From Muribaculaceae bacterium (lineage in GTDB: Bacteria > Bacteroidota > Bacteroidia > Bacteroidales > Muribaculaceae), in contig JAEEVB010000001.1 of NCBI GenBank assembly GCA_016287065.1, positions 1 to 32,515 on the forward strand: a DNA stretch of 32,515 nucleotides, in the 5' to 3' direction. The notes beneath the pieces were generated by a model, which saw only the letters and a list, made by a program, of their open reading frames with translations, was not told the origin of the DNA and ran no database searches. The position numbers and the translations under genes are program-made. Shown here in pieces: positions 17,797 through 26,067 of this stretch (position 1 is the stretch's first letter; the number at the start of each line of letters is the position of its first letter).

Positions 17797-20706
17797 CTAT
17801 TCGTCGCCCAGAGGATTCTGGTCGGTATCGATGTTCAAGTTGGAGTTGTTGTTGAACTCGGTCAACGGAATGGTCAAAACCCACATGTAGTTTTCGGGGT
17901 TGGTTGTGGGACGACTGCTGAGTGTAGCATTCAAAGGCCATCCATCGGCAGTGCTGCGGGTAAAGCCTTGCTTGAGTCGCTTGATATCGTACACACGACC
18001 AGCCTCGCCCCAGAGCTCGATGCGACGCTGCAGGATGATTTCCTCGAGCAGTGAACCAGTCACATCGCTAGTGAGTGTGCCCAAGGTCTTGCCCGTCTTG
18101 GTGCAAGAATAGCTGGGATCACGCTTAGCCATGAGCTGAGTGAGGTATTGCTTGGCTTTGGTGTCGTTGGAGAGACGGCAGGCAGCCTCGGCTGCATTGA
18201 GATACATCTCCTCGACACGCATCCACACATAGTCACCAGTATACGGATTATTATAGGTCTTGGGTTCAAATTTCACCTGCTGAATACCCCCATAGTAAGT
18301 CTGCGTGCTATAAGCATTCTCATCCCACCAGGCACGACGTGCATCGGTGGCCGACATCTTGTTGTAGAGCGAGGCCGTGATTTGCTTGGGAGCACCTTGA
18401 CCATAAGCGATACTCTGGCTCATGTGTGCGAAGAATGAAGCATAACCGCCAGCATGGTCATCATCGATCAGAGCACCCCACATCACATTGGAAGCAGTAG
18501 CATCGTTGAGGCCTATGAATGAAGGCACTTCGGCGATTGTCTTGCCGCTGGCAGCAATAGCAGCCTCAGCAGCAGCAAGCGCAGTGCTCCAGTCTTCTTT
18601 GACAAGTGCAATGCGTGACTTGAGTCCCTGCACAACACCGAGTCCCATGTGAATGGGATTCTGCTGTGTGGAGCCTGTGAGCAGTTGAAGGGCCTTGGCA
18701 ATGTCGGCATCGATCTGCTGATAAACCTGCGCCACCGTAGCGCGGGAAGCACCCGTGTTCATTGCAAATGAGGTACCCGTGTAAATGGGCACACAAGGTT
18801 CAGACTCATGTCCCTTGTAGGTGCGGGCAAAGGTCTGTGCCAGCATAAAGTAGGAATAAGCGCGAATAGCGTAAGCCTGACCAAGCACGTACTTGTTCTG
18901 AGCCGATGTCATTTCGCTTTCTTTGCTAATGAGGCCGTTGGCTCTTCCAATCCAGGTATAATAGGCATTCCACAAATCATAAGAACGCCAACCAGAATAT
19001 TCGTAACGACCCTTCACATTGTAAGTGGCATCGTACCAGAACCAGCCCGAACCACTAGCAGCCATAACCATGTCATCGCCCATCACCTCGGCCGTGAGAT
19101 TGTAGGCACTGATACCAAAGCACTGATGCGCATTACTATTCGCGGTTGACCATCCGGCGGTGTGCATCGACTTATAGATATCGTTGACGGTGAACTGCGC
19201 ATATTCATCAGCAGGATTGTCGGTACCATAGAGAATGCGATTAATGACGAGTGTAACGTCGAGCACATTCACCACGCCGTCGTTATTGAAATCGGCATAA
19301 GGTTCATATTGATGTTGCAGAATAAGGTTGATGATATAGGTAACATCAAGCACATCAATTTTATTGCTGGCATTGGCATCACCGATTTCAATGGCATCGC
19401 CTACCACGTTGAAGTCGCGCCATTGGTCCATCGACTCATAACATGGCTTGGCCCCGGGCAACACGTGCAACGTGCTGGTAGAAACAGGGACGCCAAAGAA
19501 AAGACCTTCACCATAATCAAAATCAGAGAAATGAGTGATCAAGCTATAGACATTCGTCAGATTCTTGCAATCGATAAAGGCATTATATTTAATGTAATTG
19601 ATCGTAGGAGGAATCGTGATCTTCGTCATGTTAGATGCACCAGCAAATGCATTTTCGCCAATAACCTTTACCGTTCCAGGAATGAAGGTATTCTTACAGC
19701 CCACAAGTAACTTGTTGCTACTCTTTTCGATAATGGCATTGGAATTGTTACGGGAATCATAGGTAGCGTTTCCACTCTCTACCTGGATGCTTTGCAACGA
19801 GGGGCAGTAGGCAAATGCCATACTACCTATTTTATTGACCGAAGCCGGAATGGTGAGGCTAGCCAGACTCTCACAACCATTGAAAGCTGAGGATCCTATC
19901 TCCTCCAAGGAACTGCCAAAGGTTACGTTTTCAAGATCATAACAATTCCTGAAAGCATCATAGCCAATGTTGGTCAGTGAATTGGGGAATGCAACCGAAG
20001 CCAATCTGATGTTATTAGTAAAGGCATAATCTTTGATTTTCTTGAGCGATGAACCCAAGGTGATGCGATTCAAAGAGAGACATTCCTGAAAGGCGTAGTT
20101 TTCGATAGAATCTACCGAATTGGGGATGGTAATGTAGCTACGCTTCACATCGCCATAGAAGGCATCTTCACCCACGGAGGTAACCGAGGAGGGAATGATG
20201 GTTTTCTGGCAACCGGCAATGAGTTGGCTGGTAGCTTTCTCGATAATGCCTTTACAACTATTGCGAGAATCATAAAAAGCGTTACCACTTGCCACTGTCA
20301 TGTTCTGGAGGTTCATGCAGTTGATAAATGCCTGCGACCTGATTGCGGTAACCGAAGCCGGAATTGAAATACTCTCGAGCCAAGCACAGCCTGCAAAGGC
20401 ACGCACGCCAATGTAGTACACCGTGTTTGGTATCGACACCTGTTTCAAGCCCACGCAACCATAGAAAGCATAGTCGTCGATACCCACCACATTGTAGGTG
20501 GTTCCAAGGTAGGACACTGTTGCAGGAATGTTCACAGTCTCGCTGTAGCTGTTGAATTCACCTTGCGTCTTGTAGGTAACAACAACACCATCTGACTTTA
20601 AGTTATAGAAGATACCATCCTGCACAAAATCGAAGGCCATAGCAGAGTTGGCAACAAGTGCCAACAAGGCCAGTATTATTGTATTGCGAAATCGTTTCAT
20701 AATCAT
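17797..20706 (-). CDS. Fusion protein: BspA-type leucine-rich repeats, dockerin and RagB/SusD domain
   Basis: IPxSVTxIGxxAFxxCxxL repeats. GDANASNKIDVLDV/ADFNNDGVVNVLDV. SusD motifs GQAYAIRAYSYFMLAQ, MRVEEMYLNAAEA, RRIELWGEAGRVYDIKR, IPLTE..N..QNP. Confidence 0.9.
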   Translation of the reverse strand: MIMKRFRNTIILALLALVANSAMAFDFVQDGIFYNLKSDGVVVTYKTQGEFNSYSETVNIPATVSYLGTTYNVVGIDDYAFYGCVGLKQVSIPNTVYYIGVRAFAGCAWLESISIPASVTAIRSQAFINCMNLQNMTVASGNAFYDSRNSCKGIIEKATSQLIAGCQKTIIPSSVTSVGEDAFYGDVKRSYITIPNSVDSIENYAFQECLSLNRITLGSSLKKIKDYAFTNNIRLASVAFPNSLTNIGYDAFRNCYDLENVTFGSSLEEIGSSAFNGCESLASLTIPASVNKIGSMAFAYCPSLQSIQVESGNATYDSRNNSNAIIEKSSNKLLVGCKNTFIPGTVKVIGENAFAGASNMTKITIPPTINYIKYNAFIDCKNLTNVYSLITHFSDFDYGEGLFFGVPVSTSTLHVLPGAKPCYESMDQWRDFNVVGDAIEIGDANASNKIDVLDVTYIINLILQHQYEPYADFNNDGVVNVLDVTLVINRILYGTDNPADEYAQFTVNDIYKSMHTAGWSTANSNAHQCFGISAYNLTAEVMGDDMVMAASGSGWFWYDATYNVKGRYEYSGWRSYDLWNAYYTWIGRANGLISKESEMTSAQNKYVLGQAYAIRAYSYFMLAQTFARTYKGHESEPCVPIYTGTSFAMNTGASRATVAQVYQQIDADIAKALQLLTGSTQQNPIHMGLGVVQGLKSRIALVKEDWSTALAAAEAAIAASGKTIAEVPSFIGLNDATASNVMWGALIDDDHAGGYASFFAHMSQSIAYGQGAPKQITASLYNKMSATDARRAWWDENAYSTQTYYGGIQQVKFEPKTYNNPYTGDYVWMRVEEMYLNAAEAACRLSNDTKAKQYLTQLMAKRDPSYSCTKTGKTLGTLTSDVTGSLLEEIILQRRIELWGEAGRVYDIKRLKQGFTRSTADGWPLNATLSSRPTTNPENYMWVLTIPLTEFNNNSNLNIDTDQNPLGDE

Positions 20707-22481
20707 CAGTTTTTAATTTCATGAAATGGAACAAGTTCTTTCTTTCTCAAAGGAACCGAAACCGGCTGCACCGGCTTTTGGGTAGCAGGTGCTGCCATGC
20801 TCGACTGGTTAACATCATAGATGAACTCGAACGATGCAATATATTTTGGGGTTCCGTTTTCAGCGAGCAGACCGTTTACATAATAGTGGTTACCATCTCG
20901 TGTAAAGCTGCAGTAATTGCCATAGTTGACTGGATCGTAGTAGAACTCATAGGTACCCTCGATAAGGTTACCCGACTCGACCGAGATAGGCTCGCCAGTG
21001 AGGGAGAGTGTGAACTCAATATCACCGTCATTAGCAAAATCCTCAGCGTAATCAAAGAGGGTCTGATAAGGTTCGACCAAACGGTACTTCACCTGATTGG
21101 CGCCCACAGCCTTCATCACCTGAACAGTACACTCGTTACCGCTTGTTTCAATCCTGTCAATGAAGGTTGCGGTACCGGCATACACCCAATTATCACCGAC
21201 TGTAACCGACACGGTGGTGGACAGAATCTGCTCGCCATACTCGGGATTGGCGGTTTCGGCATCGGCAGCCGAGAGGGAGAGTGAGCAGGTGTAGGTTGTA
21301 CCATACTCCATAAACTGGAAAGGCACATCAATGTAGGCTACGCTTTGGCCGTCGGCAAAGGTGACAGTCTCCATTTGCAGCGGAGTAATACTAATATCGT
21401 CGGCACTTACCATCACCTCGGTCGTATAGGAGCCCTGGGTATTGCCACGAGTTATGGCCACGGGAACAGTTACACTAGAGGTGCTGACATCCACTTGCTG
21501 TGACGACTGCATGAAAGAGATGTTAGCCCCCTGCATGTCGCTCAACACAAGACGAAAACCAACTGCGAAATCACGAATTGCCCAATCGGCCTTGTTGCGG
21601 GCCGAAACACGGCACATCGATGCAGGTGAAAGAGCGCTACCGCCTCTTAACACGCGATAGGTAGAGCCATCTCGTCCCCACGGATTGGAAGTGGGCATAT
21701 CCTGTCCAAAACTGCTGTAACTGAGATAAGCATCCTGACACCACTCGGCCACATTGCCGCTCATGTCGTAGAGACCCAGTTCATTAGGCATCTTGGTGGC
21801 TACGGCGTGGGTGGTTTCATAGGAGTTGTCGCTATACCATGCATTGGGATTGGGGCTTGTGCCACCAGCATACATGAAGTCGTTGCTGTACTGTCCACCA
21901 CGAGCAGCATACTCCCACTCGGCCTCGGTAGGCAAGCGGAAGTGCCGGCCCGTGAGTTCGTTGAGCCTGTAAATGAAGGCCTGGCAATCGAGATAGGACA
22001 CCATCTCGACGGGACGCTGCATGTCACCATCGAAGCGGCTAGGATTATACTCCATCACAGCCTGCCACAATTCCTGGGTAACCTCGGTAGCACTCATTGA
22101 GAAACTTGCGACAGTGACAGGGTGAGCCGGCTTCTCGCTCGACATGGCCTCGGAGCCCTGCCCATCGGTAGCGCCACGCGTGTAGGTGCCACCCTGAACA
22201 GGAACCATGACGAAGCTCACACCATTCACAGTAACAGTCTCGCCAGTTGCGCGCTGCGGCACCTGGCTCGCACTTTGGGCGCTTGGTTGGGCGCCTTTCT
22301 TGTCGACAGCCGGTTGCGAAGGCTTGAAGTCGGGCGCATCGATAGTCATAGGCTGATCGAAGCGTGCCGAAGTGTTGCGTTTCACATCCTGCTTCTTGTC
22401 GACAACAGCCGACGCTGCACCTGGAATGCTCAACAGCAATGCCAGGGTCGCCAGCATGAAAATGAGTCTTTGTTTTTTCAT
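20706..22481 (-). CDS. Secreted FGE-sulfatase (SUMF1-like) domain protein with C-terminal Calx-beta-like and unknown domains
   Basis: TEVTQELW, RLPTEAEWEYAARGG, PNELGLYDMSGNVAEWC, RVLRGGS, GFRL. TGATG overlap with the downstream gene. Confidence 0.88.
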   Translation of the reverse strand: MKKQRLIFMLATLALLLSIPGAASAVVDKKQDVKRNTSARFDQPMTIDAPDFKPSQPAVDKKGAQPSAQSASQVPQRATGETVTVNGVSFVMVPVQGGTYTRGATDGQGSEAMSSEKPAHPVTVASFSMSATEVTQELWQAVMEYNPSRFDGDMQRPVEMVSYLDCQAFIYRLNELTGRHFRLPTEAEWEYAARGGQYSNDFMYAGGTSPNPNAWYSDNSYETTHAVATKMPNELGLYDMSGNVAEWCQDAYLSYSSFGQDMPTSNPWGRDGSTYRVLRGGSALSPASMCRVSARNKADWAIRDFAVGFRLVLSDMQGANISFMQSSQQVDVSTSSVTVPVAITRGNTQGSYTTEVMVSADDISITPLQMETVTFADGQSVAYIDVPFQFMEYGTTYTCSLSLSAADAETANPEYGEQILSTTVSVTVGDNWVYAGTATFIDRIETSGNECTVQVMKAVGANQVKYRLVEPYQTLFDYAEDFANDGDIEFTLSLTGEPISVESGNLIEGTYEFYYDPVNYGNYCSFTRDGNHYYVNGLLAENGTPKYIASFEFIYDVNQSSMAAPATQKPVQPVSVPLRKKELVPFHEIKN

Positions 22482-22627
22482 TGTCTTGTCGATAGTTTTT
22501 TGAGATTATTAATGTTATTAATTAGTTTAAGAGTTTGCTAAAAAGTAATAGATTCTCATCGGTTCCATAGACACATCTTTAAAGGATAAGCAGTAGAACA
22601 CTTGATGGCATAAAGTCACTAATTTGG

Positions 22628-22659
22628 CAAAATTAATAAAATAAAAAGTATTAAACAAA
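22628..22659 (-). promoter_or_regulatory. Promoter for the FGE / LRR-SusD operon
   Basis: TTTG (22659-22656), 20-nt spacer, TAATTTTG (22635-22628). Confidence 0.6.
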
Positions 22660-22683
22660 TTATAATAAGTTTTTTTAATCAAA

Positions 22684-22960
22684 AGAGAAAAGCGGGAAAA
22701 GCGGGAAAAGCGGGAATAGTTTTCAGTTATCAGTTGTCAGTTGTCAGTTCTAGCCGCTCTAGCTGTTCTAGATGCGCAGAGGGGATGGAGGGGAAGCGCG
22801 GGAAGGGTGGGAAAAATGGGAAAAGCGAGAATTTGCGGATTTGGGTGGCGTACAGGGCACGCCCCCTACACGGCGCGGAAGGGCGGATAGGGCACGCCCT
22901 ATCCCTACATTTTGACACGAATCTGTTGGTGATAGATGGGGACGGAGGGGATGGATGAAT
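22684..22960. repeat. Composite intergenic repeat, copy B: microsatellite-like units, G-rich tract and GTAG-type REPs
   Basis: (GAAAAGCGG)x3, TCAGTTR 7-mers, perfect palindrome GGATAGGGC-AC-GCCCTATCC-CTAC (22885-22908) and a partial REP at about 22850-22869. Confidence 0.8.
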
Positions 22961-22994
22961 CTTTTGGGAAAAAGGGGAATGTAGGGAAAGACAC

Positions 22995-23144
22995 AAAAAA
23001 GGGATAGTCTCCCGACTGTCCCGATTCCTTGAATACACAATTATCTATAAAACAACTATTTTGAATGTTCAGTTTGAAATGACAGATTGCGCATATCGAA
23101 TGAACGAAAACTACCCTGCGCAAGTAAGTCACGGCACAAATATA
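22995..23144 (-). ncRNA. Candidate small RNA B, about 135 nt (span includes its -7 box)
   Basis: -7 box TATATTTG (23144-23137); 5' stem TTGCGCA/TGCGCAA; terminator GGGACAGTC-GGGA-GACTATCCC-T6; no credible ORF inside. Confidence 0.55.
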
Positions 23145-23330
23145 CAACAGATTTTTTAAAATGCAAGCATTTTCATTAAAAAATATCATAAAAAATAAGA
23201 AAAAAGTGAGATTTTAATGGTTTTCGGTGGTAAAAAACAGTGTTTCATTAGAGATTCAAGGGTCACATCAAGGTTTTCGGCACCGCTTGCGTGCCACCCT
23301 ACCAAGAAGCCCCAATCGCCCGGTTGCAAA

Positions 23331-25754
23331 CTATGGCTTGCTTGTGAAGATGGTGGCAGGCAGGAGGAGTGTTCCGCTTTCGACCTGCCCCTCGATCACG
23401 AGACGGATGTTGCGCATTGCGGGAGCAACCACAGGAATGTGCAGTGGCGTGTTGAGGGGTCCCTGCACATGAATGGAAGTGACAGGAAAGCCGTGACAAC
23501 TTGTGCCCCGCTCGCCCAAGAGCCTCAGATGCAAATGGGCTTGAGAGGCAAAGACATTCCACACCAGAGAGTGCACATCGCGACGCATGAGGGGATGGAG
23601 CAAAACGGGATGAGAGCGATAGAGAATGGTGCACTGCTGGCAAGGTGCCTCATGCGTGATATCTAACACGTTGCCCTGTGCATCGATGGCGAGTGCAGTG
23701 GTGTCGCGACTCCAGAGCTGTGCAGCCTGCAGCGATAGCCTGGTGGTGCGACCGTGCCTCATGAGCAATTGCAGCGAACTGTCGGGATGACGCATCCACA
23801 GTTCCTGTTCGGCCGAATTCCATGCCAAATGGGTGGCAACGCAATGCTTGAGATGTCGGGTGACAGTGCTTCCACTCAGGTCGCACAAAGCGCCCTTATC
23901 GGAGATGAACCACACACAACGCTCACCTTGAACTGGGGTCACAGCCTCACTGATGGCCATATTGAGAATAAGCCGAGCCTCGCCGTAAGAACCCGCCGCA
24001 CTCTGCGGCAAGGCAAAGATGCCACTGCGGGTGAAGGCATAGAGAGGGTATCGGCCCAAACCGCCTGAATAGATGGGTTTGCTGGCAGCAGCAAGAGCCG
24101 TGATGTGACAACCGGTGATGTCGTGCGTGTTCTCGAGTACAAGCGGATTGGAGATGGCATGAGCGAGAATGAGTCCGCAGTGTTCAACAGGTGTGGCCGT
24201 GCCAGCAGGCGGGATGGTGGCAGTAGCAAGAGAGAGCGGATGGGCCGTGAGCTGCTGGCTGACGGCAGCAGCGATGCCCATGTGTGTGACCGGGGCGAGG
24301 TCGGCCTCCCATGCGCGAGTCGTGCCCGAAGCCGTGACCTCGACGCGCATGCTGATGGCCTGAAGATGCGGGGTGCTAAGCACGGGATTCAGGCTCTTCG
24401 GAGTGAAAGGCAGATCATGGTGACGGACCAGGGTGCAGATGCCATCGGGTGTGAGCAGCGTGATGGCGGTTGCCACATGGCAAGACTGAGAGGAAATGGT
24501 GCCTGCAAACAGGGTGACGGGATTCCACACATCGATAGGCAAGAGAGCGCAACCCCCGGTATAGATGCGGTCGTTGTGCGCCAACGTGGTAGCAGGTGCA
24601 ACGTGATAACGGATGTTGCGCTGAATGGCGTCGAAGAAAACATTGTCGACATACTGCTGGCTAAGCGACAACGGCAGCACCCAGGTGGTGCGACCCGGAA
24701 TAGCGGAAGTAGCCGATGCCGTGTGCTCGAGCGTGATGAATGCGCCCGTGGCAAGTTCGGCAACGTGTGTGGTGGTGGCAGCCAAACGCCACCGGGCATG
24801 GAGCAGCGCATGTGCGATGGCACCGCGTGAGCGAGGTTTTGGACCGAACTCCAGAAAATATCGACGCGTGCCCACGGTGCTGATGCTGCAGCGGTAGTCG
24901 AGGGAGTCGGGTTCAATGACAGGCGATGGATCGGTGACGAAGACATCGATAGCCTTCACGAGACCCAGCCACGAGTCGTCGACGCCTCCTGCCACCGTCA
25001 CACCCAATCGGTAACAAGAACGGCTTGCCTGACAGGCGCCAAAGCCCGTGAAGCCACTGCTGGTGCTGGAGACCTCGACCGTGGTGCGATAGTCGGCGGC
25101 AAGCGTATCGCCACCCATAAGCACCGGTGCGCTCACCCAGAGGTAGCGGTCGTCGAAAGCACGCACAGCATAGCGGCACAGCACGGGGGCAGAGAACAGG
25201 CCTGCATCGGCAGCACGGCGCGAAAGGCGTGTATGGGCACTGTCCGCAATGCGTGTGAGCGCCGCCACATCGGTCTGAGAAAGTGGCGCTTGCCAGTGGA
25301 CATAAGGTGTATCAAAATCGTAGGCATCGATGTTCTCGGTAAACGGAGTAACCTCGGTAGCCGTGAGATGCAGCGTGGGAATGGCTTGTTCGGGCTCCAA
25401 CAAGTCGTAGCCCGAAGAGGAGCGATGGAGATAGAGGTAGCCTTGCGAGGTGTCGATGACCAGAAAACGGCCCGATACGAAGGCAGCGCGCACCTCGCCC
25501 TGGGCAGTGACAACCTCGGTGCCATCACAGAGCACACGATTGCCACTCAGGGTGATGTATCGGCCATCATCGACGCACAACAGGCGCTCGCCCGGCCCAA
25601 TCGTGGCAATGCTCACAGGAGTGCCCACCGCCTGGAGTGCATTTTCGCGCTCGCGGAGATTGAGGCAGTCGGCCGCCTCACCCGTGACGGCACTCTCAGG
25701 ATTAGCTGGAGACGTGGCTCCTAAAAACGGAATTAATAATTGATTGTTTTTCAT
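23331..25754 (-). CDS. Hypothetical 807-aa beta-rich protein, possibly phage tail tubular/stabilization-like
   Basis: Long intact ORF without signal peptide. N-terminal DCLNLRE motif and size resemble podovirus tail-nozzle/stabilization proteins; adjacent to a terminase. The function is inference only. Confidence 0.5.
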   Translation of the reverse strand: MKNNQLLIPFLGATSPANPESAVTGEAADCLNLRERENALQAVGTPVSIATIGPGERLLCVDDGRYITLSGNRVLCDGTEVVTAQGEVRAAFVSGRFLVIDTSQGYLYLHRSSSGYDLLEPEQAIPTLHLTATEVTPFTENIDAYDFDTPYVHWQAPLSQTDVAALTRIADSAHTRLSRRAADAGLFSAPVLCRYAVRAFDDRYLWVSAPVLMGGDTLAADYRTTVEVSSTSSGFTGFGACQASRSCYRLGVTVAGGVDDSWLGLVKAIDVFVTDPSPVIEPDSLDYRCSISTVGTRRYFLEFGPKPRSRGAIAHALLHARWRLAATTTHVAELATGAFITLEHTASATSAIPGRTTWVLPLSLSQQYVDNVFFDAIQRNIRYHVAPATTLAHNDRIYTGGCALLPIDVWNPVTLFAGTISSQSCHVATAITLLTPDGICTLVRHHDLPFTPKSLNPVLSTPHLQAISMRVEVTASGTTRAWEADLAPVTHMGIAAAVSQQLTAHPLSLATATIPPAGTATPVEHCGLILAHAISNPLVLENTHDITGCHITALAAASKPIYSGGLGRYPLYAFTRSGIFALPQSAAGSYGEARLILNMAISEAVTPVQGERCVWFISDKGALCDLSGSTVTRHLKHCVATHLAWNSAEQELWMRHPDSSLQLLMRHGRTTRLSLQAAQLWSRDTTALAIDAQGNVLDITHEAPCQQCTILYRSHPVLLHPLMRRDVHSLVWNVFASQAHLHLRLLGERGTSCHGFPVTSIHVQGPLNTPLHIPVVAPAMRNIRLVIEGQVESGTLLLPATIFTSKP

Positions 25755-25857
25755 GGTACAAAAGATTAAAAATGGTGTATTGCTAACAAAAATAGTGGGA
25801 GAAAAAGGCTAATTTCATAGTAAAAACACACAAGTTTGAAAAAAAAGGATGAAAATA

Positions 25858-26018
25858 TTTGGATTTACCGAAAATGGTGACTAACTTTGCACCGAAATCA
25901 GTAGTCTGATTTCAAAGTCAGAAGCGAAATTAGGTTCTATTCTGATGAAATATATATATGTTTTTATAGATTGTAGATTTTAAGGAGCCAGCGCTGAGAA
26001 GCGTAGGCTCTTTAATTT
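25858..26018 (+). ncRNA. Candidate small RNA A, about 125 nt (span includes its promoter)
   Basis: TTTG (25858-61), 20-nt spacer, TAACTTTG (25882-89); hairpin GAAATCAG-tagt-CTGATTTC; terminator GAGCC.GCGCT-GAGA-AGCGT.GGCTC-TTT. Confidence 0.6.
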
Positions 26019-26067
26019 ATACCCATATGATTCATACAGGTTTTATGGGAAAATGGGAGCAATAGAG

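Noticed and set aside
21540-22240. FGE/C-type-lectin-fold domain as the target of a diversity-generating retroelement
   Set aside because: No reverse transcriptase and no adenine-variant template repeat were seen in the window. A remote DGR cannot be excluded.
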